From assembly GCA_963824045.1 (NCBI GenBank), contig CAWGNW010000009.1:95182-159181 (forward strand): a stretch of DNA of 64,000 nucleotides. The letters are read 5' to 3'. This stretch comes from an uncultured Gammaproteobacteria bacterium (GTDB lineage Bacteria > Pseudomonadota > Gammaproteobacteria > UBA9214). Made by a program: the position numbers and the translations under genes. Under the pieces are notes generated by a model. That model worked only from the letters and a program-made list of their open reading frames with translations. It was not told the DNA's origin and searched no databases. This document shows, one piece after another, positions 19,278 through 29,247 of the stretch; position 1 is the stretch's first letter; every line of letters starts with the position of its first letter.

Positions 19278-19676
19278 ATGAAGGCATCACCCGGCGACAA
19301 CCGATCCATGCGCCTCGACAAGTGGCTGTGGGTGGCGCGCTTCTTCAAGACACGGGCACTTGCCACGGCAGCAATCAGCGGGGGCAAGGTGCATGTCAAC
19401 GACGACCGCGTCAAGCCGGCGCGCCGGATCGCTCCGGGGGAATCCCTGACGATACAAAAAGGTCCCTATCGCTTCAGCGTGACCGTTGCAGGGCTTTCAA
19501 GCCAGCGGCGGCCGGCGGAAGAGGCGCGCACCCTGTATACGGAATCGGAGGACAGCGTGGCGGCACGCCGCAGCCTGCATGACGAGCGCAGGCTGCAGGG
19601 GCATGCAGGACAGCACGAGCGCCGTCCGGACAAGCGCACCCGCCGCCTGATCCACAAATTCAAGCAGCAGCAATAG
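19278..19676 (+). CDS. hslR: Ribosome-associated heat shock protein Hsp15 (S4 RNA-binding domain)
   Basis: MRLDKWLWVARFFKTRALA...GGKVHVN matches the HslR N-terminus, with a basic C-terminal tail. ATG 19278 is preferred over the TTG at 19257. Confidence 0.8.
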   Translation: MKASPGDNRSMRLDKWLWVARFFKTRALATAAISGGKVHVNDDRVKPARRIAPGESLTIQKGPYRFSVTVAGLSSQRRPAEEARTLYTESEDSVAARRSLHDERRLQGHAGQHERRPDKRTRRLIHKFKQQQ

Positions 19677-19768
19677 CATTCCTGGCTCGGAAATAACGGA
19701 TACCGGCAGGTTGCGCCGGGTGCCATAATATCCGTCGTCATCAAGTTGAAAAATCACCAGGCCAGATC

Positions 19769-20230
19769 ATGGACAAACCCGTCACCCCCCTGTTGACCGT
19801 CGATATCATCATCGAAATGCAAGACCGTCCCGGTCGGCCCATCGTGCTGATCGAGCGCAGGTACCCGCCACCCGGCTGGGCGTTGCCCGGCGGGTTCGTC
19901 GATGTCGGTGAAACCCTGGAGGCTGCCGCGGTGCGTGAGGCAAAAGAGGAAACCTGTCTCGACGTGACGCTGCTGCTGTTGCTGGGGAATTATTCGGATC
20001 CCCGCCGCGATGCGCGTGGTCATACCGCCAGCGCGGTGTATATTGCGTCTGCAACCGGCGAGCCCCGGGCGGCGGACGATGCAAGGCACCTGGCATTGTT
20101 TGATGCGCGCGATTGTCCCGTGCTGGCATTCGACCACGGGCTGATTATCCGCGATTACCTCGTGTGGAAGGAAAACGGCCGGCTTGCTCCGCTGCGCCAG
20201 ATGTCGGGTCAGGCAGGAGAGGTCACCTGA
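19769..20230 (+). CDS. NUDIX hydrolase
   Basis: Nudix box [24 protein letters not shown]. The last codons and the stop lie in a degenerate REP-A core. Confidence 0.8.
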   Translation: MDKPVTPLLTVDIIIEMQDRPGRPIVLIERRYPPPGWALPGGFVDVGETLEAAAVREAKEETCLDVTLLLLLGNYSDPRRDARGHTASAVYIASATGEPRAADDARHLALFDARDCPVLAFDHGLIIRDYLVWKENGRLAPLRQMSGQAGEVT

Positions 20231-20400
20231 CCGTGATAGCGCTTGGGGTGCTCCTAAACTTACTATCAGCACCTGTAGGAGCGGTCGCCTGACCGCGATG
20301 CGGTATTCAGGTAATCGCACCGAGTGGCGGTGCTCCTGCAGGTCTCACTTTTGGTGTAGGAGCGGTCTCTTTATGCCCGTTCTTTGGGTACTGACCGCGA
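20213..20400. repeat. REP-like repeat family A, locus 2 (about 2.5 units, last unit with a 24-nt loop insertion)
   Basis: aggagaggtcacctgaccgtgat is degenerate and overlaps the NUDIX stop. gtaggagcggtcgcctgaccgcgatgcggt is a full core. gtaggagcggtc[tctttatgcccgttctttgggtac]tgaccgcgat carries the insertion. Confidence 0.8.
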
Positions 20401-20405
20401 TTGCA

Positions 20406-21353
20406 CTACTGCGGCAGGCGATGCACCTCGATAACCGTATGTACGATGCCAAGGTCTCCGGGGATCAGATCCTTGTAGTGCTGCGGCGATTGCGGTGAAT
20501 TGCTCACAACAGCCAGCGAGGCTGAATAGATACCCGGTCCGATGGACCAGATATGCAGGTCGGCGACCCGGTTGCCATCAACGCGCTCGATTGCGGCCCG
20601 GGTTCGTTCCAGCATGGGATCCGGTGCCTGATGATCCAGCAGGATCCCGCTGGTATCGCGAATCAGTCCCAGCGACCAGCGTGCCACCAGGACGGCGCCG
20701 ACGACGCCCATCACCGGATCCATCCAGTACAGTCCCAGGAACTTGCCCGTCAGCAGGGCGAAGATTGCCAGCAACGAGGTAAGGGCATCCGCCAGGACGT
20801 GAATATAGGCCGCGCGCAGATTGTGGTCCGTGTGGCCGTGGTGGTGCGGGTGGTCGTGATCATGATCGTGATCATGGTCGTGATCATGGTCGTGATGCTG
20901 CTCCCCCAGCATCAGCATGCTGACGCCATTAACGACCAGACCCAGTACCGCAACGACGATTGCCTGGTTGAAAGCGATTGAGACCGGGTTGAACAGGCGA
21001 TTGACGCTTTCCCCTGCCATCAGGAGTGCGAACAGGGCGAGCAGCACGGCGCTGGTATAGCCGGCGAAGGCGTTCACCTTGCCGGTCCCGAAACTGAAGC
21101 GCGAATCCGCCGCGCGCCGCCGGGTATAGATGTAGGCAATGGTCGCGATGCCGAGCGCGGCCGTATGCGAGCCCATGTGCAAACCATCCGCCAGCAGCGC
21201 CATGGAGCCGTAGGCGAGGCCCGTGGTGATTTCGATCACCATCATCGTCGCGGTGATCACGATAACCCAGAGGGTGCGGCGCTCGCCCCGCCTGACCATG
21301 TCCTGGCCAAAGACATGGTCGTGTTGCCAGTGCTGTGTGGCTTTGGTATCCAT
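20406..21353 (-). CDS. Cation diffusion facilitator (CzcD/ZitB-like) metal efflux transporter with a His/Asp-rich loop
   Basis: The CDF TM pattern includes LLADGLHMGSH and HVLADALTS. The loop reads HHDHDHDHDHDHDHDHPHHHGH. ATG 21353 is preferred over the upstream ORF extension. Confidence 0.85.
   Translation of the reverse strand: MDTKATQHWQHDHVFGQDMVRRGERRTLWVIVITATMMVIEITTGLAYGSMALLADGLHMGSHTAALGIATIAYIYTRRRAADSRFSFGTGKVNAFAGYTSAVLLALFALLMAGESVNRLFNPVSIAFNQAIVVAVLGLVVNGVSMLMLGEQHHDHDHDHDHDHDHDHPHHHGHTDHNLRAAYIHVLADALTSLLAIFALLTGKFLGLYWMDPVMGVVGAVLVARWSLGLIRDTSGILLDHQAPDPMLERTRAAIERVDGNRVADLHIWSIGPGIYSASLAVVSNSPQSPQHYKDLIPGDLGIVHTVIEVHRLPQ
20853..20896. repeat. Coding microsatellite (12-nt gtgatcatggtc-type units) encoding the (His-Asp)n tract
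   Basis: Plus strand reads tcgtgatcatgatcgtgatcatggtcgtgatcatggtcgtgatg. Confidence 0.8.
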
Positions 21354-21442
21354 TGCGCCCGCATTATATCGCAGAGCCCACTGGCGGACAGTGTCCATTT
21401 TGGAGGGTGATCCTGCTGCAGGAACCGGCTGGCGGCAGCCTG

Positions 21443-22609
21443 TCAATTCCGTCGCAGCTTGTCCGTCAGGGCAATCGGTGTGGGGTAGCGCAGGACCACC
21501 AGGTAGGTGGAGGCGAAGAAGGTCAGCAGGGTCGTCAACTGGATAAGGTAACTGGCCTCGATACCAATGAGTCCCCGCTCCAGAGCGAGTATCGAGACCA
21601 GCAGCGAGAATTCACTCAGCTGCCCGAGGCGTGCACCGACCTCGCTGGCGCGTTTGTCGGTCTCGCCGGATCGTGCCAGCAGGAATCTGAACACCGGCGG
21701 TTTGCCTGCCACTGTCAGCAGCGCAAATACCAGGGCAGGCAGCAGCACGGTTCCCAGCATGTTCAAATCGAAACCCGCACCCAGGGAGAAGAAAAACATC
21801 ACCAGGAAGAAATCGCGCAGGGGTTTCAGGTTCTCGGACATGTACAGGGAGATCGGGTTGGACGCCAGGGTCACGCCACCGACGAAGGCGCCGATCTCGT
21901 GCGAGACGCCCAGTACCGCGGCCACCTCGGCCATGCCCAGACACCAGCCGATGGCCAGCAGGAAGATGTATTCCCGGAAGGTGTCGAATTTCTGCAGCAG
22001 CGGCAGCAGCACCTTGCGCACGATGAGCATTGCGCCGCCGATCAGCAATGGAAGCGCCAGTACCGGTTTCGCGAATGACCAGATTGAATGCTCCAGGGTC
22101 GCGCTGCCCTCGATGAACAGCAGCAGCAGGATGGCAATGAAGTCCTGCAGCAGCAGGATACTGATGATGATCTCTCCGGTGCGCTGGTGGTGCAGCACGG
22201 TCGTGGGCAGCAGCTTCACGCCGATGATCGTGCTGGAGAAGATCATGACGGCACCGATCAGCAGCGATTCCCGCAAGGCGTGGCCGAACAGCATGGCAAG
22301 CAGCGTTCCGCTGCACCAGAAAACAAGGCTGCTGGCCAGTGTGACCAGGATGGTCTTGCGCATGAGCAGCAGAAATTCGCGGGGATTGAGTTCCAGTCCC
22401 ATGAGAAACAGCAGGAACATGATGCCGATATGCGCAATGTCACCGATCACGTCCGGATCGTTCACCAGGCCCAGAACGGAGGGACCCAGCAGTACGCCCA
22501 GCAGTATATAAGCCACCAGCAGTGCCTGACGCGCATACAGCGCAGCCGTGGCAAGCACGGCGGCCCCGGTAAAGATCAGGAATATGGTAAAGACGATGTC
22601 CTGTTGCAT
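21443..22609 (-). CDS. Cation:proton antiporter (CPA2/Kef-type membrane domain)
   Basis: About 388-aa polytopic protein. The N-terminus ...LLVAYILLGVLLGPSVLGLV is typical of the Na_H_Exchanger family. ATG 22609 has a gagga SD. Confidence 0.8.
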   Translation of the reverse strand: MQQDIVFTIFLIFTGAAVLATAALYARQALLVAYILLGVLLGPSVLGLVNDPDVIGDIAHIGIMFLLFLMGLELNPREFLLLMRKTILVTLASSLVFWCSGTLLAMLFGHALRESLLIGAVMIFSSTIIGVKLLPTTVLHHQRTGEIIISILLLQDFIAILLLLFIEGSATLEHSIWSFAKPVLALPLLIGGAMLIVRKVLLPLLQKFDTFREYIFLLAIGWCLGMAEVAAVLGVSHEIGAFVGGVTLASNPISLYMSENLKPLRDFFLVMFFFSLGAGFDLNMLGTVLLPALVFALLTVAGKPPVFRFLLARSGETDKRASEVGARLGQLSEFSLLVSILALERGLIGIEASYLIQLTTLLTFFASTYLVVLRYPTPIALTDKLRRN

Positions 22610-22753
22610 CCTCGTTCTGTTCCTCCCCGGCCCGGAACCTTTTTGCGCCACCCGTTAGCTAGCATAGAAGCGGGTGTGCGGAAAATATACAGCGGGGTGC
22701 AGGGACGGGCGTGGTGCGGCGGCTTGCCTGGAATCATGCCGGCACCTGCGGGA

Positions 22754-24523
22754 TTAGAACGGCCAGATCAGGGGTACCAGCCCGATCGTGACCAGGCCCA
22801 CCAGCAGGGTGAGTGGCACGCCGATACGCACGAAATCTGCAAACCGGTAGCCGCCGGCGTTGTACACCATCAGGTTCGTCTGGTAGCCGATGGGGGTGGC
22901 GAAGCTGGCAGAGGCAGCCACCATGATGGTGATGGCGAACGGCATGATGTCTACATCCATGTGATGTGCAGCTGACAGCGCAATGGGGAAGGCCAGCACT
23001 GCCGCGACATTGTTGGTCGCGACGGAGGTCAGCAGTGCGGTGGCGCTGAACACCAGCACCAGTGTGGCCAGGGGATTGCCACCCGCCAGACTGATGATGT
23101 CCTCAGCCAGGATGCCGGCCGCGCCGCTCTTTTGCAGTGCCGCGCCGACGCCGAACGAGGTGGCGATGACGATCAGTACCTGCCAGTCCGGTGCCTGTCG
23201 CGCCACCCGTCCGCTGGTGCAGCCCGTCAGGATCATCATGCCGGCGGCCACCAGGGCAGCTTCCAGCATGCTCAGCAGTCCGCTGGCCGCCAGCACCACC
23301 ATGCCGATGGCAATGGCCAGCGCCACCGGGGCGCCCTTGTGATTGGGCGGGTGAAACCCGCCGACCTCACTCACGAGCAGAAAGTCCCGCGTTCTCCCCT
23401 GGCGGCAGCTGAAGTCGGGTCGTGCCTCGAGCAGCAGCGTGTCACCCGGACGCAGTACCATGTCGCCGATCTTGCCGCGCAGGCGCACGCCGTTGCGGGC
23501 CAGGGCAATGATGACGGCCTGGTACTGGGTGCGGAAGCGGCCCTCGCGAACGCTCTTGCCCACCAGCGGGCAGGTGTCCGACAAAACCGCCTCGAAAAAA
23601 CTGCGGTCCTTGCGGGCGCCATCCAGTTTCAGTACCTGGTCCGTCGCGGGCAGGAGGCCGCGAATGCGGTGCAGGTCGACCACGGACTCGATGGCGCCGA
23701 CGAAGATAAGCCGGTCCCTGGCCTGCAGGCGTTCCTGCGGTTCCACGGCCGGCAGGATGACACCGTCACGTTCGATCTCGGCGAGGAACAGCCCGGGGAG
23801 GGCGCGCAGTCCCGCGCTCTCGATGCTGCTGCCTTCCAGCGCGCTGCCTGGTTCCACCCGCATTTCCGCCATGTATTCACGCATGTTTTCACCATGCGCG
23901 AGCGGCTCGGTGCGCGCGGGGAGCAGCCGCCCGCTGAACAGGAATACGAATAACAGCACACTCACGGCGACAGGCAGGCCGATCCATGTCAGATCGAACA
24001 TCTGCAGTCCAGGGGAACCTGTCTGCTCCACCAGCAGGCCGTTGACCACAAGGTTGGTGCTGGTGCCGATCAGGGTACAGGTGCCGCCGGCGATACTGGC
24101 GTAACTCAGGGGGATCAGCAGCTTCGACAGGTCCAGGTCATTCCGCCGTGCCCATTCCTTGACCGCGGGCACGAACACGGCCACCACCGGCGTATTGTTG
24201 AGAAATGCGCTCAGGGCGGCTGCCGGCATCATCAGACGCGCCTGTGCCTGGTGGGTATTACGCGGCCGCCCCAGGATGTGCTGCACGATCCAGCCGATGG
24301 CGCCCGTTTCGGTCAGGCCGCTGACGACGACATACAGCACCGCCACGGTCAGCATGCCCTGGTTTGCGAACCCGGCCAGTGCCTCGTCAGGCAACAGGAC
24401 GCCGGATACCAGCAGCAGGGTGAGCCCGGCCGACATAATGATGTCTGTCGAAATCCGGGTGAATGCCATCATGGCGAAACAGCCCGCGACCACGGCCAGT
24501 GTTAACCAGGCTTCCCAACCCAT
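22754..24523 (-). CDS. SLC13/DASS-family permease with central TrkA-C domains
   Basis: TM halves flank two soluble repeats (..VEPGSALEGSSIES..; ..SDTCPLVGKSVREGRF..), typical of TrkA_C-containing SLC13 permeases. ATG 24523 is preferred. Confidence 0.75.
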   Translation of the reverse strand: MGWEAWLTLAVVAGCFAMMAFTRISTDIIMSAGLTLLLVSGVLLPDEALAGFANQGMLTVAVLYVVVSGLTETGAIGWIVQHILGRPRNTHQAQARLMMPAAALSAFLNNTPVVAVFVPAVKEWARRNDLDLSKLLIPLSYASIAGGTCTLIGTSTNLVVNGLLVEQTGSPGLQMFDLTWIGLPVAVSVLLFVFLFSGRLLPARTEPLAHGENMREYMAEMRVEPGSALEGSSIESAGLRALPGLFLAEIERDGVILPAVEPQERLQARDRLIFVGAIESVVDLHRIRGLLPATDQVLKLDGARKDRSFFEAVLSDTCPLVGKSVREGRFRTQYQAVIIALARNGVRLRGKIGDMVLRPGDTLLLEARPDFSCRQGRTRDFLLVSEVGGFHPPNHKGAPVALAIAIGMVVLAASGLLSMLEAALVAAGMMILTGCTSGRVARQAPDWQVLIVIATSFGVGAALQKSGAAGILAEDIISLAGGNPLATLVLVFSATALLTSVATNNVAAVLAFPIALSAAHHMDVDIMPFAITIMVAASASFATPIGYQTNLMVYNAGGYRFADFVRIGVPLTLLVGLVTIGLVPLIWPF

Positions 24524-24764
24524 GTCATTGAATCCGAATGCTGCTGTGATTTGTGTCCGGGGTATGAAACACCCATTCCGGTGCCGATTCAATCGCTAAA
24601 GCAAAACGGCAGGTTGCAGCCTGTACCCGCAAGATGCAATACGGAGATGCCGGCACATGGCGCAGGAATGCCTGTCCGGCAACGCTGCGGCGCGCGCACC
24701 CGCTGTCGTGCCGCACCCGGTTTGGTGTTATATACTGCGCGACTGGCCGCTCTGGAGCATGTAA

Positions 24765-25484
24765 GTGGATATTCACCTGACACCATACGAAATCCGCGTG
24801 ATTGGCTGCCTGCTTGAAAAGCAGCGTACCACGCCCGAGCAGTACCCGCTGTCGCTCAATGCCATCACCAATGCCTGTAACCAGAAAAGCAGCCGTGACC
24901 CGGTGCTGGAACTTGACGAGGCAACGGTGCAGGACACGATCGATGCCCTGATGAAGAAGCACTTTGTCACCGAAAAAAGCGGCTTCGGCAGCCGGGTCAC
25001 CAAGTATCAGCATCGCTTCTGCAATACCGAGTTCGGTTCCCTGAAATTTTCCGAGCAGGAAACCGGGATCGTGTGCGTGTTGCTGCTGCGCGGTCCCCAG
25101 ACGCCGGGGGAACTGCGCACCCGCACCGAGCGCCTGTGCAAGTTCCGGGATGTCGGCGAGGTCGAAGCGACGCTGGATCAGCTCATGCAGCGCGACGACG
25201 GTCCCTTTGTGGCGAAACTTCCCCGCGAACCGGGAAAGCGCGAATCCCGGTTTGCGCATCTGTTTGGCGACGGGGCAGACATGCAGGATATTGACTTGCC
25301 TGCTGCTGTGGATTCAGACGTCCCTGGTTCGGATGCCGGGCGCATGGAACAGCTTGAGCGGCTGGTAAACCGCCTGCAGGATGATGTGGCGAGCCTGAAG
25401 GCGCGGCTCGACAGGATATCACCGGAGCAGGATTCCGGCGGTTTGCCGGAAAGCCCTGTCCCGGGCGATTCCAGCCAGGATTAA
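24765..25484 (+). CDS. yceH: YceH family protein (DUF480/UPF0502)
   Basis: [43 protein letters not shown]...[11 protein letters not shown]...[13 protein letters not shown]...[14 protein letters not shown] is collinear with E. coli YceH. GTG start. Confidence 0.85.
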   Translation: MDIHLTPYEIRVIGCLLEKQRTTPEQYPLSLNAITNACNQKSSRDPVLELDEATVQDTIDALMKKHFVTEKSGFGSRVTKYQHRFCNTEFGSLKFSEQETGIVCVLLLRGPQTPGELRTRTERLCKFRDVGEVEATLDQLMQRDDGPFVAKLPREPGKRESRFAHLFGDGADMQDIDLPAAVDSDVPGSDAGRMEQLERLVNRLQDDVASLKARLDRISPEQDSGGLPESPVPGDSSQD

Positions 25485-25676
25485 CAGGGAAGTTGCAAAA
25501 TCCCGGGGACGTACAGAACGCTGCACATTCGGTGGCTAGTGCCCGCCAGGGTTCCAGTAAGTAAATCCCCCTATTTATCAACGTGCGAGCCTGTAGTATG
25601 TTTTGCATGGCCGTCAGGAATAAAAAATAACATTTGGCCGAAACAAGCAAAACAATCTGTTCGGAGAGTCGCCATC

Positions 25677-25946
25677 ATGTTCAATTGCCCACACTGCGAG
25701 AAACCCGGTATCCCGCCGCTGCGCAAGGCGATACTGAGTCCCGGCCTGCTCGCGACCTGCAAGTCCTGTAGCGGGCTTTCCGGTATCCGCTATTCAGCGT
25801 GGTTGACTGCCATGCTTCCCGGCTCGGTGCTCATGATCGCAGCCCTGTTTGTGGAATCCGGCGCGGCTGAATGGTCACTCAATATCATCGGGTTGATCCT
25901 GATGGTCGTGGTGCCCTGGCTGTTCGCCCCCTTGCACATGGAATGA
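25677..25946 (+). CDS. Small membrane protein with an N-terminal CxxC...CxxC zinc-ribbon-like motif
   Basis: MFNCPHCEKPG...CKSC is followed by two hydrophobic helices. ggagag SD upstream of ATG 25677. Confidence 0.5.
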   Translation: MFNCPHCEKPGIPPLRKAILSPGLLATCKSCSGLSGIRYSAWLTAMLPGSVLMIAALFVESGAAEWSLNIIGLILMVVVPWLFAPLHME

Positions 25947-26400
25947 ACAGCAGCTGTTGCGGGGGCATATTGTGTAATGCGCCGCATGTCCGGCGGCATG
26001 CCGGGATGGGTCCTGCATGCGGATCCTGAACAGGAGGTCCTGACAGGATCGAAGACGATCCGGCCCGGATGTTCAGTATTCGGGACTGGATGGCCGGACC
26101 CCGGGATTCACACTGCCGTCGAACGTCAGTGTCAGGCGAGCTGCAAAACGGCGACGCCCGGCAGGTTTTCCGCAGTTCCCGGCGAACAGCGGCACCTGCT
26201 CCACGGCGTCGGGATCGGCCACTGCCGGTTGCCCGGATCTCGATTCCCGGGGGAGTCGTGAATACGGCAACTTGAGTATCAGGAAGTTTGCCTGCTGATA
26301 ATGCCGGGAACCCCTGCAATACCGGCTCACCCCGAAACCGGCATTCAACGAATGTGTGATGCGGCTGTACACTTGCGGTCATGATTCAGGGGCCGTTCAT

Positions 26401-27249
26401 TTATGTATCAACTGGATGTTGCTTCTGCAGAATTACCAGTGCGATCCCGCCGAGAATCGCTGCAGAGGCAAGCGCCAGGCGCAGGGTGACCGGTTCGCCA
26501 AGAAATACGATGCCACCCAGGGCCGCAATGACCGGCACACTAAGCTGTACTGTTGCAGCATTGGTTGAATTCAGGGCGGGCAATGCCGTGTACCAGATGA
26601 CGTAGCCTATCCCGGATGCCAGCGCACCCGACGCTATCGCATACCATAACCCGGTATTATCCAGAGATACGCTGCGAAACAGTACCAGGCTCAGCGCCAG
26701 GGATATCGGGACAGTTCGCAGGAAATTACCCGCCGTGACTCTGGTGGGGTCGCCCGCACCTTTCCCGCGCAAGGAATATACGCCCCAGGCTGCACCGGCA
26801 CCCAGCATCAAAATGGAACCGTATAGTGGCGGTGCCGAGAGCCCTGGCAGTAGCAGACCGACAAGCCCCGCGAAAGCGAGCATAAGCCCGGTGAGTTGCC
26901 GTTTCCGCAGACGTTCCCCCGCCAGAATGCCATGTCCGATCATCGTTGCCTGGACAGCGCCAAAGAGCAGAAGTGCTCCGGTTGCCGCAGGCAGGCTGAT
27001 GTAGGCAAATGAGAAGCCCGCGGCATAAACGAACAACGCCCCTGCCGATAGCCAGTTTCCCTCGCCCTGTGTAGCGTGCCCTGGTCGCACCACCAGCCAG
27101 AGCACGACTGCCCCGGAGATCAGCCGAATGGTAGTAAAACTGGCTGCATCAATGCCGGTATGTTTGAGCGCGATTCGGCAGAGCAGTGAATTACCGGCAA
27201 ATGCAATCATTGCCAGCGATGTCAGGGCAATTGTGCGCGCGTATGACAT
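26401..27249 (-). CDS. EamA/DMT-family transporter
   Basis: Ten-helix pattern with duplicated EamA halves. ATG 27249 is preferred. Confidence 0.8.
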   Translation of the reverse strand: MSYARTIALTSLAMIAFAGNSLLCRIALKHTGIDAASFTTIRLISGAVVLWLVVRPGHATQGEGNWLSAGALFVYAAGFSFAYISLPAATGALLLFGAVQATMIGHGILAGERLRKRQLTGLMLAFAGLVGLLLPGLSAPPLYGSILMLGAGAAWGVYSLRGKGAGDPTRVTAGNFLRTVPISLALSLVLFRSVSLDNTGLWYAIASGALASGIGYVIWYTALPALNSTNAATVQLSVPVIAALGGIVFLGEPVTLRLALASAAILGGIALVILQKQHPVDT

Positions 27250-27397
27250 AGTCACAATTCCTTGAAGCATAAAGAGGCCGCTGCTGCAGCAGGATTGATG
27301 CAATGATTGGGTGAAGTAAGTGCCATTCTTCCTCCATCCGCCTCGCTACAAACCCCAAAGTCCGACAGGCTTCTAGCCGTCTTTTGCCCTGTCTGGC

Positions 27398-29134
27398 CTA
27401 TTCTTCCACCGGTGGCGCCTGCGCCGGTCGCACCTGCTGGCGATAGGCCTTGAGTGCCTGCCGCATGGTCGGGAAGGTGCGTGCCTCCAGGTCCTCGCTG
27501 TACAAGCCGACCTGACGCGTCCACTGAATGATTTCCGCCCTGCGTCCGGCGTACACCAGCTTCACGCCGCGCTCGACCAGTGTCTGGTGCAACTCGCGGA
27601 TCACATAGAGGCCGGTCACGTCCACCTGACTCACGGGTATCATGTCCAGCACGAACCACTTGAGCTCGGGACCCGCTGCGTCGGCCGCACGCAGGGTGCG
27701 CTGCTTGAAGTACGCGGAATTGAAGAATGTGATAGGGCCGTCGAAGCGAAAGATCACGATTCCCGGCCAGGTCGTCGCACCCGGGTGGCGCTCCACCGAA
27801 TGCAGTCCCGGCATTCCCTCGACCTTGCCCAGCACCTCGTCGCGGGGCCTGGCGGCAACCTTGACGAAACGCACCAGCGCCAGCCCCACCGCCACCAGGA
27901 TGGCATTGATCGCGCCGACCGCCACCACGCCGAACATGGTCAGTATCGACAGCGCGACTTCCTGTTTATCGATTTTCCATATCTCTCGCAGTGTGCCTAT
28001 GTTGAACAGGGAAAACGCCGCGTACACCAGCACCACGCCGAGTGCAGGGATCGGCACAAACCGCAGCGGATCGGTGAAAAACAGCAGGATAACGGCGAAG
28101 GTGGCTGCCGCCACCAGACCCGTCACCTGGGTGCGCCCGCCGGCTGCATCCGCCATAGCCGTGCGGGAATCCGCGCCGGTGATCGCGAAGCCCTGGGACA
28201 GTGCCGAGGCGATGTTGGCGGCGCCGAATGCTGCGAATTCCCGATCGACGTCGATCGAATAGCGGTTCTTGTCGGCAAAGCTGCGTGCAGTCAGCATCCC
28301 GCTGGAAAACAGCACCAGCGCCAGGCCCGCCGCGCTGGCGATCAGGGTCGGCAGGTGCTCGATGGGGAAGCTCGGAATCCTGAGCGGGGGCAGGCCCGCG
28401 GGAACACTGCCGAGGATCTTGACCCCGTGGTCCTCGAGATCCAGCACTGCCACGGCGATGCCCGCAGCGACCATGGCCACCAGCGCCGCCGGGAGCCGGG
28501 CGAAAAAGCGTCCGGTAAGAAACAGAACGGCAAAGGTTCCCAGCCCGACGGCCAGCGTCGGGCCATGGGTGTCGGGCAACCTGGACAGGAATTCCAGCAG
28601 CCGCGGCACGATGCGGCCCGCCTCGATCGGGAAGCCGAAGATCTTGCCGATCTGGCCCAGCAGAATGCTGATCGCCACGCCGTTAAGGAAACCGACAAGA
28701 ATCGGCTTGGAGAGGAAGTCGGCAAGTGCGCCGAGGCGCAGGAAGCTCGCGACGATACAGAACAGGCCGGTAAGGAACGCCAGGGTCACCGACAGGGACC
28801 AGTACAGTTCGTAATTGCCGCCCGCCAGCGGGGTGACCGATGCCGCGATCATGGCACAGGTGGCCGCGTCGGGATTTACCATCAGCTGCCGCGATGTTCC
28901 GAACAGCGCATAAACCATCAGCGGGAGGATGCTGGAATACAGACCCACCACCGGGTTGAACCCCGCAAGCTGGGCGTAGGCCACGGCCACAGGCAGCGCA
29001 ACCGATGCCACGGACAACCCTGCCACCAGGTCATGGCGAAAGTCGGCGCGGAAGTTATAGTGCAATAGCGCGGGAAGTCCCGGTGCGATGCGCGCCAGCA
29101 GGCCGACATTATTGGTTACCGCCTGATCGGCCAT
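27398..29134 (-). CDS. SulP-family anion permease with C-terminal STAS domain
   Basis: SulP TM core (..VAYAQLAGFNPVVGLYSS..) and a STAS-like C-terminus (..IVIFRFDGPITFFNSAYF...VLDMIPVSQVDVTG..). ATG 29134 is preferred. Confidence 0.85.
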   Translation of the reverse strand: MADQAVTNNVGLLARIAPGLPALLHYNFRADFRHDLVAGLSVASVALPVAVAYAQLAGFNPVVGLYSSILPLMVYALFGTSRQLMVNPDAATCAMIAASVTPLAGGNYELYWSLSVTLAFLTGLFCIVASFLRLGALADFLSKPILVGFLNGVAISILLGQIGKIFGFPIEAGRIVPRLLEFLSRLPDTHGPTLAVGLGTFAVLFLTGRFFARLPAALVAMVAAGIAVAVLDLEDHGVKILGSVPAGLPPLRIPSFPIEHLPTLIASAAGLALVLFSSGMLTARSFADKNRYSIDVDREFAAFGAANIASALSQGFAITGADSRTAMADAAGGRTQVTGLVAAATFAVILLFFTDPLRFVPIPALGVVLVYAAFSLFNIGTLREIWKIDKQEVALSILTMFGVVAVGAINAILVAVGLALVRFVKVAARPRDEVLGKVEGMPGLHSVERHPGATTWPGIVIFRFDGPITFFNSAYFKQRTLRAADAAGPELKWFVLDMIPVSQVDVTGLYVIRELHQTLVERGVKLVYAGRRAEIIQWTRQVGLYSEDLEARTFPTMRQALKAYRQQVRPAQAPPVEE

Positions 29135-29247
29135 ACTGATTCGCTCCCTGGTGGTACTCCGTCGCCTACACAACCGCCTGAATCGTAACGGAAGGCCCCG
29201 CGGGTGTCGATCCCGGCGGGATCACGAGAAGGTGCTGTCTGTGCTGT

